The notes: generated by a model from the letters alone, not told the origin. Numbered from the stretch's first letter, positions 1 to 10,205 are shown. The stretch: 64,000 nt of DNA from Candidatus Multivoradales bacterium (GCA_965248055.1 CBDFIJ010000004.1:2144001-2208000); one strand, 5' to 3'. Made by a program: numbers and translations.

Positions 1-97
1 CCGGATCCTCCGGCGAATTGGTGGGTCGAGGCGTAGCTCCTCTTTCAGCGTTCAAGGGTGATATCGGATATGCAACGGTTGCGACCATGGAATTGGC

Positions 98-1461
98 GGA
101 TCCGTCCCGATTGTTGTGGAAATTGAGAAAGGCGTAACCTCCGGTAGTCAAAACCCATCGCCGAGTAGGCGAAAGGAGGCTACGCCATGGACAAGAGTAC
201 CAATCAGAGACCGGAATCATCTCGTTTCCAGCAAGATATTCAGTCAAAGCTTCAGCACCGTATCCGGGAAGCAATCGAAATAGTTCTAGAAGAAGAGCTT
301 GCTGACGCATTGGGTTGTGTTGCGTACGAGCGCTCAGATGAGCGCTCGGGCTATCGCAACGGCAAACAAGAGCGGACGATCACGACCCGATACGGATCCC
401 GGCAACTGCGAATTCCTCGTGGTCGGGTAGTAGGACAAGATGGATCCACTGAGGAGTTTCAAAGCCAGCTTGTTGAGCGCTACCAGCGGCGCACCCGAGA
501 GGTGGATGAAGCGATTCTCGGCTGCTACCTAGCAGGGGCCAACAGCCGTCGGATCAAGAAGGCCTTGACTCCACTGCTGGGCAGGGAGTATCTATCCAAG
601 AGCGCTGTGTCTCGGGTGGTATCGCGTTTGAAGGAGCACTTTGCCCGTTGGAGTGAGCGAGGCCTGTCTGAGGAAAGCTACCCGATCTTGTTTCTTGATG
701 GCTTTCACTTGAAAGTGCGGCTTGCTCGGCGAGTGGTGTCAGCTCCGGTGCTGGCTGCTCTGGGGGTAAGAGAAGATGGCACCAAAGTCCTGGTAGCTCT
801 ACGGTTAGCAGCCAGTGAGGCAGGCAGTCACTGGAAGTGGTTGATTGAAGATCTTAAACGCAGGGGCTTGAAAGCACCGCATCTCCTGGTCTCAGACGGC
901 CACAAGGGTTTGGCGGTGGGAGTCAGGGCTTGGCCAGAGGCCAAAGTCCAGCGTTGTATCCAGCACAAGTGGGAAAACCTGAAGAAGCACTGCCCTAAGC
1001 ATGCTCATGGTGAGCTCAAGCGAGACTGGGATCAAGTGGTGCGAGCCCAAGATGCCCTGGAGGCCCGAGAGAGCTATTCAATCTTTGTTACCAAGTGGTC
1101 CAAGCTGGTGCCCGCAGTAGCCAGGAGCTTCCAAGAGGCTGGGATGGAACTGATCACTTTCTACGATTTACCGAGATCGTTGTGGCGATCCACAAGGACC
1201 ACCAACGCGCTGGAGAATCTCAACCGTGAGTTTCGGCGCCGTACCAAGACCCAAGGCTCATTCTCGACTGAGGCAGCGGGTGTCACTTTGCTCTGGGGAC
1301 TCGTCGCTTTCGGTCAGATCAGGATGCACCGCATCAACGGCTACCAAGACTTGCACCGGATGCTTGACCGTCAAGCAGCCGCGTAGGACTAGAATCAACT
1401 AAACCTGACCGCGGGAGACGCTACGCCAAATACCAATTTCCACAAGATTCGGGACACATCC
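98..1461 (+). mobile_element. Complete IS256-family insertion sequence
   Basis: 28-bp terminal inverted repeats at 98-125 and 1434-1461 (24/28 match); 8-bp target duplication GAATTGGC at 90-97 and 1462-1469; encloses the transposase. Confidence 0.93.
187..1386 (+). CDS. IS256-family (mutator-type DDE) transposase
   Basis: Motifs YRNG, LFLDG, LLVSDGHKGL, QRCIQH, RTTNALENLNREFRRRTK; GGAGG RBS at 175-179. Confidence 0.95.
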   Translation: MDKSTNQRPESSRFQQDIQSKLQHRIREAIEIVLEEELADALGCVAYERSDERSGYRNGKQERTITTRYGSRQLRIPRGRVVGQDGSTEEFQSQLVERYQRRTREVDEAILGCYLAGANSRRIKKALTPLLGREYLSKSAVSRVVSRLKEHFARWSERGLSEESYPILFLDGFHLKVRLARRVVSAPVLAALGVREDGTKVLVALRLAASEAGSHWKWLIEDLKRRGLKAPHLLVSDGHKGLAVGVRAWPEAKVQRCIQHKWENLKKHCPKHAHGELKRDWDQVVRAQDALEARESYSIFVTKWSKLVPAVARSFQEAGMELITFYDLPRSLWRSTRTTNALENLNREFRRRTKTQGSFSTEAAGVTLLWGLVAFGQIRMHRINGYQDLHRMLDRQAAA

Positions 1462-1714
1462 GAATTGGCGGCAGACCTTCAAAATCAATAGGCACCGCAG
1501 AACCGATCAGTGCCATTATTCATGGGCGCATACATTAAATTGCAAGCATCACTGCCGTTGAGTAAGATTTCTCCCGAACCGGACAAGAACCAGATACCAC
1601 TGGTTTTGACTGTTGATACTAGTTTGATTGGTGCGCCATATCACCGGTTAGCGAGGCAATGCCGGCTTGATCGCGCAGGAGCAAAGTGTTCTCGGTGCCG
1701 ATTGGGAGGAATGA

Positions 1715-2746
1715 ATGAGATTTGGGGTCAGGGTTGCAGCTGTATTGCACGCGGTATCAAAAGCTGTATTCAGGGCAACGCGAGACGTTGCGGAACGAAT
1801 CGGCCTAGCTATTACTCGTTTTGGTCGAGCACTATGGAGATTCTACTCTTCCGTTGAAAGAGCGTTTGCCGGTTTATGTGCGGATCTGATCTTGTGGGTT
1901 TGGGCGAGCAGAAACATCGTTCTACTCATAGTCATAGGGGGTGTCCTTAGCTGGCTTGCCAGTTTCAGGGCTGTCTGGTTGGGAGTAAGCGTTGGAATCG
2001 TCTACTTTGGACTGATGGTGTGGGCAGTATGGCGATACTTCCAAATTGACCTCGATAACGAACAAGATCGGTACGAGCAGGCCCGTTTGAGTCTCGCTGC
2101 AGTGCTGACGATAGCTGTCAGAGTTATCTTGTCTGCCGTAGCCGCTATCTTGTTGTTTGTTGCTTTTGGCAGAGGTCCTCTTTCCTGGCTGCCCAGAAAC
2201 CTGACCAAGTGGAGATCCCAGACAACCAAGCCTGCTGATATTCAGTCCCAGACACCGGTTGGGATAACAACTTCTCCTGCCCCATTTCTGGAGCTGCCGG
2301 GAGCGGAGGTTTTTTCTGAAACCGTCTCGGTCGTTCTGGACAGCGTCGTGGATGGCCATACTCACGCATCTGTTGAAGCCGAAATCGCTGCTCAATTTGG
2401 CAAGGGTGCTCATGTAGAGTTAGTTGGTTTTCAAAACGGTTGGTATTGTGCAGAACTGTCAACAGGTCGATGCGGTACATGGATCAATAGCAGAGACGTT
2501 GGACTGCTGAACCGAAGAGGATCCAAGCGGTGGCCTGGAGAACAGAAAGATTCTCCAGAAGTGAGCGCTGCGACGATTGAAAATCTCAACATTCGCGATG
2601 GGCCAGGAACTAATTATGAGACGCTGTTCGTTATCAGTAGAGGCGAGCGAGTTTGGATCAGCGCCCACCTTGGTGGCTGGTGTCGAGTGAACTCAGTCGA
2701 ACGTGCTTGGGCCAACTGCTCGTATCTCCTGACCGGGGGAGGGTAA
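1715..2746 (+). CDS. Membrane protein with C-terminal bacterial SH3 (SH3b) domain(s)
   Basis: About three hydrophobic segments; C-terminal NLNIRDGPGTNY...RGERVW...GWCRV is typical of SH3b. Confidence 0.7.
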   Translation: MRFGVRVAAVLHAVSKAVFRATRDVAERIGLAITRFGRALWRFYSSVERAFAGLCADLILWVWASRNIVLLIVIGGVLSWLASFRAVWLGVSVGIVYFGLMVWAVWRYFQIDLDNEQDRYEQARLSLAAVLTIAVRVILSAVAAILLFVAFGRGPLSWLPRNLTKWRSQTTKPADIQSQTPVGITTSPAPFLELPGAEVFSETVSVVLDSVVDGHTHASVEAEIAAQFGKGAHVELVGFQNGWYCAELSTGRCGTWINSRDVGLLNRRGSKRWPGEQKDSPEVSAATIENLNIRDGPGTNYETLFVISRGERVWISAHLGGWCRVNSVERAWANCSYLLTGGG

Positions 2747-2881
2747 CAGGTTGCTTGACCTCCTGCGTTGCTCTACTGGAGGCGAATTACGCGAGTTGGC
2801 ATCTAGTCAACCGGCGCGAGCGAGATCAAGGAACAGCAGAAGCTCCCTAGCACTCATCAACCCATACTCTAATTAACCACA

Positions 2882-3176
2882 GACCCATCCCCCCGCAAAA
2901 CCAACGTCGCAGGAAACGCCTGGACACCCAGCGAGGCAATGACCTCAGGGTGGCGTTCCCACTCCAGGTATGCGGTTTCCGCATGTTCGCGTACCCAGGC
3001 GTGGACTTCTTTGTCGGCGAGGCCGCCGCGTTTTTAGGCTTGGCAGGTGGGGCAGAAGTCGGCGGTGGCGACGACCAGAACGACGGGATCGTTTTCGGTG
3101 GCTCGATCGAGGGCTTGGGCCAGGGTGACGTTCTCATCGAACATCTTTGGGGTGTCGGTGACTACCCAGAAGTACC
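2882..3176 (-). pseudogene. Diverged partial copy of the thioredoxin-like gene (4142-4436)
   Basis: Ungapped alignment at offset 1260; keeps DFCPTC but has TAC->TAA just after it and lacks the 5' end. Confidence 0.9.
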
Positions 3177-3299
3177 GGATTTGAAGTGATCGTCGTGGAT
3201 TTCGAGGTGAATGCCTGCCGTGCGCAGAAGCTCTGGAAGGGTATAGCGGCCTAGGTTGCGGTCTGCAAAGAAGGTCGTTTTAGGCGGCGAGGAGTTCGT
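3162..3299 (-). pseudogene. Truncated PIN-like (VapC45/DUF5615-type) toxin
   Basis: Manual translation gives FFADRNLGRYTLPELLRTAGIHLEIHDDHFKSGTSG*; it overlaps the stop of the DUF433 gene and fuses into the thioredoxin copy. Confidence 0.7.
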
Positions 3300-3987
3300 A
3301 CCGGATCGCCTCTTCAACCTGTACTTCCTTGAGTCGGAAGTCTTTCCTCAGTTCGGCAATCGAGTCGCCAGAACGATACCTTTCGGCCAAGATATCTGTG
3401 CGGATTCCAGTACCAAATATTACCGGCTTGCCGAACGACACTTGCGGCTCGATAGCGATAATTTTCGGCGACCTGAAGTCTTGGCTGTGAGTCCAAGGAA
3501 AGAGGCGGATCGCGAGGCCCTCGGCGTCGTGCTCCACCCGCCGTAGATGAGCTGCCAAACATTCCCTAATACCCAACTGACCCATCTGGGAAAGATTGAT
3601 GAGTCGCCCGTATTTTGAAATGAACAGATCGATGCCGTTGGTCTCGAGCTTTTCAGCCAGCGGATGGCGGGAGTGAAGACTCTCGCTGAGATACTGAATA
3701 GCCTTGCGAACATACGGCATGCGGATGCGATGACCGCGGCGAATCGTGGCCAATGCGCCAGCTTCTACCAAGTTCATAAATGAAAGCGTAGGCTGATTTC
3801 CCGCGGGTAGCTCGATGAGCGGTGGCCATGATCGAGTACCTTGAGCGGTCTCGTATTGTCGCCCCAAGGTCCAAGATCTAAGGGTTGCCGCGGGAATGCC
3901 TAGGTAGCCCGCTGCCTCAGAGATTCCATAGGTAGGAAACTCACGGAGGTCACCTCTTGAGGCGGTGCGAATAGCAGATCTGGGCAT
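3280..3987 (-). CDS. HTH + DUF433 antitoxin (VapB45-like)
   Basis: N-terminal YGISEAAGYLGIPAATLRSW HTH; C-terminal IEPQVSFGKPVIFGTGIRTDILAERYRSGDSIAELRKDF (DUF433); start taken at ATG 3987. Confidence 0.85.
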   Translation of the reverse strand: MPRSAIRTASRGDLREFPTYGISEAAGYLGIPAATLRSWTLGRQYETAQGTRSWPPLIELPAGNQPTLSFMNLVEAGALATIRRGHRIRMPYVRKAIQYLSESLHSRHPLAEKLETNGIDLFISKYGRLINLSQMGQLGIRECLAAHLRRVEHDAEGLAIRLFPWTHSQDFRSPKIIAIEPQVSFGKPVIFGTGIRTDILAERYRSGDSIAELRKDFRLKEVQVEEAIRYELLAA

Positions 3988-4065
3988 CGATGTAAGTACC
4001 TCTCTGAACACGGAGAGTATAACCGGACCGACCTAATACCCGTTGTCGACCGCCCGAACCACCGA

Positions 4066-4506
4066 TTACAGGGGTTCCCCGCGGTTGAGAAAAGCGAGAA
4101 GTCCGGCACCACTCTTCGGTCCATAGTACGAATCGATGATGGACCCATCCCCCCGCAACACCAAGGTTGCGGGAAACGCTTGAACCCCCAGCGAGGCAAT
4201 GACCTCAGGGTGACGTTCCCACTCCAGGTATACGGTTTCCGCATGTTCGCGTGCCCAGGCGTGGACTTGCTTGTCGGCGAGGCCGCCACGTTTGTAGGCT
4301 TGGCAGGTGGGGCAGAAGTCGGCGGTGACGACGACTAGGACGAGGCGGTCGCTTTCAGCGGCGCGTTCGAGGGCTTGCTCCAAAGTGACTTTCTCATTGA
4401 ACATCTTTGGGGTGTCGGTGACCACCCAGAAGTACCAATAGCCGTAGGCACCGGCGACGGCTAGGAAGATCCACTTGAGGGCTGTTTTGAGTTTCTTGGG
4501 CATCAA
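4066..4506 (-). CDS. Membrane-anchored thioredoxin-family protein
   Basis: N-terminal TM helix, CPTC motif, GVQAFPA cis-Pro loop. Confidence 0.85.
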   Translation of the reverse strand: MMPKKLKTALKWIFLAVAGAYGYWYFWVVTDTPKMFNEKVTLEQALERAAESDRLVLVVVTADFCPTCQAYKRGGLADKQVHAWAREHAETVYLEWERHPEVIASLGVQAFPATLVLRGDGSIIDSYYGPKSGAGLLAFLNRGEPL

Positions 4507-4638
4507 GGGTTGTCCGTGTGCCGTCGCAGGTTGGCTTGGTCATTCGCAGACGTGTCGATCGAAGGAGTGCGTCGTCTAGTCAGTCGCAAACCATTTGGTC
4601 GCAAGCAGGAGCGGTGGAGGACTAGTACAATTATTTGT

Positions 4639-5397
4639 ATGCGAATAACGCGTGTCCGGGGTGTTTTGCTGATGGTGATGATGGCTGGAGGAGGACTGCT
4701 CGCCCAGGAGCATTCGGCCAAGCGGAATCAGAAACGAGAAAGGGTGTTCCGCGTACTTACAACCCAGCTCGGTGAAGTTGATTCGCAGCTTGAGCAAGAA
4801 GACCAGAAAGGTGCACTCAAGGGCGCTAGAAACCTCCTTACGAAGGCTTACAGACCGCCAGTGCGTGGGCCAGGGGCGGCGGACTTTTTGGCGGCGGTCC
4901 ATCTGCGCATTGCTATTGCTGCGATGGGGGTCGATCCCGACGAAGCTTCGTGGCACTACCAGACAGCTCGAATTCTCGCCTCTGGGGTGGTGGAAGTCGA
5001 TATCGCTCGCTTTGAGGATGCCGAGAAGTTTTTCGACAAAATCGATTCGCAAGATCGGCCTCGCGGTAAGGAGTTGCTCGCTCCGGAATCGGATAATGGG
5101 TCGCCCACGGAGGAGTTTCCACCAGGGTTTGAAGTTCGGAGGGTCGAGTTGACCCCTCCCAAGCAAGTGCGCAATTCCGTCCCGCGAGTCAGATCGTTAG
5201 GGAAAAAGGCCCGTGTTGAGCTCGAGGTCGTGATTGATCGCAACGGCGATTTGAAGTCGCCCAGGCTCCTATCGACCAATGCCGATCCGGTGTTGGTCTC
5301 CGCTGTTCTGGATGCGCTGCGGCAATGGAGATACCGCCCAGCTAGGGTGGGTTCGCGCCCAGTTATGGTGTCCTACCGAGTGACACTGAGTTTGTGA
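4639..5397 (+). CDS. Secreted protein with C-terminal TonB domain (energy transducer TonB-like)
   Basis: Signal-like N-terminus; C-terminal VELEVVIDRNG...AVLDALRQWRYRPA...PV; start uncertain (ORF open from 4510). Confidence 0.75.
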   Translation: MRITRVRGVLLMVMMAGGGLLAQEHSAKRNQKRERVFRVLTTQLGEVDSQLEQEDQKGALKGARNLLTKAYRPPVRGPGAADFLAAVHLRIAIAAMGVDPDEASWHYQTARILASGVVEVDIARFEDAEKFFDKIDSQDRPRGKELLAPESDNGSPTEEFPPGFEVRRVELTPPKQVRNSVPRVRSLGKKARVELEVVIDRNGDLKSPRLLSTNADPVLVSAVLDALRQWRYRPARVGSRPVMVSYRVTLSL

Positions 5398-5424
5398 TCG
5401 CGGTTTCTTGATGGTTGCTAGAAG

Positions 5425-6288
5425 CTAAGAAATCTCAATCAGCGTCACCGACTCCGCTAGGCTGTCGGCCAATGATCTGCCGGTAAACCAGGACACCACC
5501 ATCGGGATCCCTGCCAACAGCAGCGTAGCCAGGGAACCGAGCCATCTGTAGGCAGCTTGCTGGGCGGTCAAGGGTAGGTTGGAGAGGTCGCGGGCGATCA
5601 GGCCGACGGAGGCCATGCCTGGGGTGCGGCCCCAAAATAGTAGTGAGATGACGTGGTAGAGGAATGAGAAGGCGAGGACGAAGAGCAAGACGCCGGGTAG
5701 CAGGCGAACCCGCGGGGCGATTCCCAATAGGTCCGCTCCGACCAGAGCGATCAAGGTGACGGCGAGCATGGCGGCGAAGTCGAGTAGGCCGGAGGTCAAG
5801 CGCGCCAGGATCGGTACCTGCGTCGGGTCTTGCGGTTGGGTTGGGGTTGGGTCAAGGGTCGGCTTCGCTTTTCGATGGAGGGGAGCTTTGGTCGACCGTT
5901 CTGCGCCTCGACCAAACAGTGCGCCCAACCCTTTGCGCTTAGCCGGCGCATCTACCGGCTGTTCGGCTTCCATTGCCGCCACGACCTCTTCGTCAACTGG
6001 TTCCTCGAACAGGATTTGCTGCGGGACTGCCTGGGGGGTGTCGTCAATATCGCGGATTTCGAGGTTTTCCAGAGTGATGCGCGGTGGGTCGATGCGCATG
6101 TCTTCCACGGCAGGAGATTCCGTTTGTGTTTCGTGCAGAGCCCGATCCACTTCCTGTTCCTCGACAGTCTGACCCCCGGAGGCCGATCTGGGTGTGCTGC
6201 CAGCAGAATCGCCGGGCGGAAGCGGATCGAAGAGAGAGGGCCCCTGTGGATTGTCGCTCATTGGGTTGGCCTCGCTAGGGTACGGCAA
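5425..6288 (-). CDS. RDD-family membrane protein with disordered N-terminus
   Basis: ARLTSGLLD...GRTPG...R...SLADSLA pattern with TM helices. Confidence 0.8.
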   Translation of the reverse strand: MPYPSEANPMSDNPQGPSLFDPLPPGDSAGSTPRSASGGQTVEEQEVDRALHETQTESPAVEDMRIDPPRITLENLEIRDIDDTPQAVPQQILFEEPVDEEVVAAMEAEQPVDAPAKRKGLGALFGRGAERSTKAPLHRKAKPTLDPTPTQPQDPTQVPILARLTSGLLDFAAMLAVTLIALVGADLLGIAPRVRLLPGVLLFVLAFSFLYHVISLLFWGRTPGMASVGLIARDLSNLPLTAQQAAYRWLGSLATLLLAGIPMVVSWFTGRSLADSLAESVTLIEIS

Positions 6289-6360
6289 CCGGAGTTGGCC
6301 TGGCTTCTCAAACTGATCATTGGTTGAAGAATCACCCGGTTAAACCCTCGTAGGGGGATT

Positions 6361-8223
6361 TTATCGTTGAGGCAGGTACTTGACGAAGATTCGGTAGCGC
6401 AGGTCTTGACCACCGCCGATGTATTGCTCTGCAAATCGTAGGGCTTGCAGGATCTGCTGGTCGCGGGGGGCCAGTTTGGAAGCTTCGCTCAGCGACTCGA
6501 CCGCGGACTCGACGCTACCTCCAGCCAGTGACCTACGCGCCATATTGAAATGGGAAGCGATTAAGAGATCGCGTATCGCCGGGTTGTCTGGCGATTCACG
6601 AAGAGTGCGCCACAAGGGCGCGATGGCAGTGGAGTAGTCGCCGTCGCGATAGGAAAGGTAAGCGTCTGCGTAGGGTTCCATGCGCTGTTGGGCGACGCTC
6701 AACAGGGCGGCTTCGTCGGTGGTGAGAGGCGCCACTGCGGCTGCTTGGTCAAAGGCTTCGACGGCGCGGTGAAATAGTCCGGTGTCGAGAGTCGCTTCCC
6801 CTTCGGTGATCAGGGCATCTCGGGCGGCGAGTTCCTCCGCTGATGGTTGACCCTCTTCTTCGACGGTGGCGGCGGCAACTTCATCGGCCTCGGCTTGCCA
6901 TTTTTCGATCAATGCTTGGGCTTCCCCGTGGCGGGCGTCGGTGGCGGGGATTCTCTCCAGGACAACCAGGGCGGAATCCAGGCGTTCGCGGGTGTATAGG
7001 GCTTGTGCCCGATCAATTGGATGGCGAGCGACCCTCTGTGACGAATCACCTCCGGCGTTGGGAAAAAGATTTTGTCGCTGATTGAAAATGAACCAACCAC
7101 CGATGGTCACCAGGGCGAGAGCCAAGCCAGCGATCACCAGAAATTTTGGGCTCAAACTGGTCTTGCGTTTGCTCGAAGCCTTTGGTGTTGGATCAGAAGC
7201 TCTGGCTATGGAGTTGTCGCTCGAGGCAATACTGGCCCGTGTTGCCCGTGGAACGTCTGATACCGGTATTGGAGGGGGAGGGGGAATCGCCTCGGTCGGT
7301 TCAGCTTGAAGGTCTTGGCTTGAGGGTTGGCCAGTTTCAGGGGTCGCCTTGCCCGCCTCCAGTCTCTCAAGATGCTCTTTTGCAGCAACGTGATTGGGCT
7401 GTAGCTCCAAGGCCGCCATCAAGTCGGCGCGCGCACCCTCGGTGTCCCCAGACTCGATCTTCTCCAGTCCGGCGTGAAATAGCTCTTCGGCTTGCCGATC
7501 TCTCTCGGCCAAGCGCCGTCGGGCTTCTTCGATCTTCTCGTTGGCCGTGGCGTGATCCAGGTCGATCAAGAAGACTCTTGACCAGGCGTCGATCGCTGTC
7601 TGGAAATCTCCACCATCGAATGCTGCTTGACCCTCGGCGAGCAATGCCGCGACCCGATCGTCGGGCTGGTCATCGGGCTGGTCATCGGGCTGGGGGTCGC
7701 GAGACTCCTCGTCAGGGGCCGGTTCTGCGATCGTCGATTCGTCACTGGCAGGATCTTCAATGACTGGTTTTTCAACAGTCTCTTCAACTGCGAACGCGGC
7801 GTCTGACTCTTCAACGACCGAGTTGTCGGCAGGATCTGACGGCTCTGCAGTGGCCGCAGGTTCGTTGTCCGGAAGCTCGGTGTTGGACATCAACTCGATG
7901 GTGGAGTCGCTTTCGCTAATGACCGTGGATTCCACCGTTTCGATCGGCTCAAGAATGGTTGAGTCGCTGGAGGCTTTTGGGGTTCCTAGGCCAGCGAGAG
8001 CTGCCAGATCGGTGATTTCGACCCCACCGTCGGCCGCATTGTTGATCCGAGAGCGCAACTCCGCAACCGGAGCGAAGCTCGGATCCAGGCGTTCGATAAA
8101 GGTGCAGCCCATCAGGGCGTCGTCGTAGTTGCCATCGGCTACCTCACGCAACATCGACCTGAAAGTCGACTGCACACGACGTTGGACGTCTTCGGCGAGA
8201 TCAGGATTCCCAGGATAGTTCAA
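6361..8223 (-). CDS. Tetratricopeptide-repeat membrane protein
   Basis: Several TPR-like helices either side of one TM segment; acidic linker with a QPDD x3 repeat. Confidence 0.75.
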   Translation of the reverse strand: MNYPGNPDLAEDVQRRVQSTFRSMLREVADGNYDDALMGCTFIERLDPSFAPVAELRSRINNAADGGVEITDLAALAGLGTPKASSDSTILEPIETVESTVISESDSTIELMSNTELPDNEPAATAEPSDPADNSVVEESDAAFAVEETVEKPVIEDPASDESTIAEPAPDEESRDPQPDDQPDDQPDDRVAALLAEGQAAFDGGDFQTAIDAWSRVFLIDLDHATANEKIEEARRRLAERDRQAEELFHAGLEKIESGDTEGARADLMAALELQPNHVAAKEHLERLEAGKATPETGQPSSQDLQAEPTEAIPPPPPIPVSDVPRATRASIASSDNSIARASDPTPKASSKRKTSLSPKFLVIAGLALALVTIGGWFIFNQRQNLFPNAGGDSSQRVARHPIDRAQALYTRERLDSALVVLERIPATDARHGEAQALIEKWQAEADEVAAATVEEEGQPSAEELAARDALITEGEATLDTGLFHRAVEAFDQAAAVAPLTTDEAALLSVAQQRMEPYADAYLSYRDGDYSTAIAPLWRTLRESPDNPAIRDLLIASHFNMARRSLAGGSVESAVESLSEASKLAPRDQQILQALRFAEQYIGGGQDLRYRIFVKYLPQR

Positions 8224-8446
8224 ACGTGTTGCCCCTTAGTTCGCAAGACGGCTGGGTTATGGTAGCAAAGGAGGGGCCAATAAGAGTGTGTTCGAAAAGG
8301 CTACGGTCAAGAGGTGCGTGGCGCGCTGATGGCGTGACCAGAAGCGAGAGAGAGGGAGTATCGGTGAATCTTGGACCTATTACCAGGGCTGATTCTTTTC
8401 CGACTAGATCCTCGTGGAGGATCGATCGCAGGTGGGGCAGATTTCC

Positions 8447-9382
8447 ATGATTCTGGAAGCCGTTCCCAACATCAGCGAAGGGCGGAACCTTGAGCAAATT
8501 GCCTCTTGGGCCCGGTGGTGGGAGTTCCAAGACGACGTTGACTTGCTCGACCACTCCGCAGATCCTGATCACCATCGATCGGTGTTCACTTTGGTTGGTG
8601 AGCGCGACCGGTTGATCCACGGGTTGGTCGAATGGTTGGGTGAGGTCTTACCGTCGATCGATCTTCAACATCACGCCGGGGTTCATCCGCGTATTGGTGC
8701 GGCGGATGTCGTGCCTTTGGTGCCGTTGGGTTCCACGACCATGGCAGAGGCGGTCCAAGCGTCTCACGAACTGGCAGCAGCGGTTGCCAAGCGTCATTGT
8801 TTGCCGGTCTTTCTCTATGGTCGGGCGCTTGACGACGACCCGGTGAAGGCAGGAAAACGTGCTCGACTGGCGCAGTTACGACGCGGTGGCCTGGAGGCAT
8901 TGAATGAAAGGATCGACCGGTCCTCCAATTGGCAACCTGACTATGGCGGTCTGTTCGGGGAAGACGGCTCTCTACCTCCACAATGGGGTGCCAGTGCGGT
9001 GGGTGCTCGTGGCTTTCTGGTGGCGTGCAACGTTTTGCTGTCCGGCGGCGACGTCCTTGCGGCTCGATCTATCGCTCGATCGGTGCGCCAATCCAACGGC
9101 GGTCTTCCCGGTGTCCAAGCCATTGGCCTCTACCTAGCGTCTCAAGACAAACTACAGGTATCGATGAACCTGGTGGAGATCGACAAGACCTCGGTGCCTA
9201 GAGTCGTGGCGGAAGTCGAGAGGTTGGCGAAGTCGAGGTCCTTGGCGGTGGATCAGGTGGAGTTGATTGGGCTGGTGCCGCGCGCAGCTTTGGACGGTGT
9301 ACCGCCTGCCCATTTCGGTTGGAGTGAGAGTCAGGTGTTGGAGACTGGTTTGGAGGAATGTGGTTGGCTCGAGGCGTTGTGA
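8447..9382 (+). CDS. ftcD: Glutamate formiminotransferase
   Basis: LEAVPNISEGR, DPDHHRSVFT, HAGVHPRIGAADVVP, QVSMNL, ELIGLVP. Confidence 0.92.
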   Translation: MILEAVPNISEGRNLEQIASWARWWEFQDDVDLLDHSADPDHHRSVFTLVGERDRLIHGLVEWLGEVLPSIDLQHHAGVHPRIGAADVVPLVPLGSTTMAEAVQASHELAAAVAKRHCLPVFLYGRALDDDPVKAGKRARLAQLRRGGLEALNERIDRSSNWQPDYGGLFGEDGSLPPQWGASAVGARGFLVACNVLLSGGDVLAARSIARSVRQSNGGLPGVQAIGLYLASQDKLQVSMNLVEIDKTSVPRVVAEVERLAKSRSLAVDQVELIGLVPRAALDGVPPAHFGWSESQVLETGLEECGWLEAL

Positions 9383-9430
9383 CGCCTGTTGTTTCTTGAT
9401 CCTTGGCTATTTCCTCACTGTGCGACAATT

Positions 9431-10190
9431 GAGATCCTTCGACTCCTTTCGCTGCGCTTCAGTCGCTCAGGATGACCTTGTGGGGGGATCTTGTCCGAGC
9501 GGGAGGGGTAAATCCCTTCCCTACGAAGAAGACAGAATTCGATCTAGCAGCTTCTCCAACAAGGCAACTATGGCTCGATGTTGGGTGGTGGCCTTCGTAG
9601 GGGAGGCCCTTGCGGCCTCCCGCTCTAGTCAGGCTCACCGTCATCCCGGCGGGGGTTGGGGAGCCGGGATTTGTCCAGGATAATGAAGGGATCGATTCCC
9701 GCCCCTCTCCCTCCCGCCCGGGGGAATGACGAAAGAAGCGATCGGTCCAAGTGGGAGGGAATAGACCGCTCCCCTACAAAGAAGACAGAATTCGGTCAAG
9801 GTGTCGAAAGTGGAAGCGTCTTCTCGGCAGTGGGCGCCACTGTTACCAGCAGGATCTCTTTCTTGTCATCCTGAGCGAGCTTGCGAGTCGAAGGATCTCG
9901 ACACCCCAGAAGAACTTCTGCCGCGCATTTGTGGAATCACCACCACGTCATCCCGGCGGGGGTTGGGGCTGGGGAGCCGGGATCTGTCTGATGCGGGGAT
10001 AGATTCCCGCCCCACTCCCTCCCCCCCGCGGGAATGACGAAACAGGTAATCGGTCTGAGCGGGGGGGGGATAAACCCCTCCCCTACAAAGAAGGCAGAAT
10101 TCGATCTAACGGTTTCGCTATAGAGCAACGAGGAATCGATGCTGGGTGGTGTCGCTCTTCGTAGGGGACGCCTTCTACGGCCTCCCGCAC
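9431..10190. repeat. Mosaic cluster of REP-like palindromes (GTCA-type and GTAG-type) between convergent ftcD and mpl
   Basis: GTCATCCTGAGCG..GAAGGATCTC (9431-9476 minus, 9865-9899 plus); CGTCATCCCGGCGGGGG..GCCGGGAT (~9639, ~9946); ..GGGAATGACG (~9730, ~10039); GTAGGGGAGGCC..GGCCTCCC (~9597, ~10161) and inverse copies ending CCCTAC. Confidence 0.85.
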
Positions 10191-10205
10191 TTTTCAGGAG
10201 GAGGC

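Noticed and set aside
2740-2802. attC-like site after the SH3 gene (GGGTAAC...GTTGGCA); similar weak cases near 1573-1652 and 23082-23143
   Set aside because: Only AAC/GTT and a short inner stem pair; R and L boxes are not complementary
7658-7693. 12-bp tandem repeat (QPDD x3) in the TPR gene
   Set aside because: Ordinary in-frame low-complexity linker
9431-10190. Short ORFs across the REP clusters (also 14147-14889 and 16407-17229)
   Set aside because: Translations of palindromic or duplicated DNA with no protein motifs
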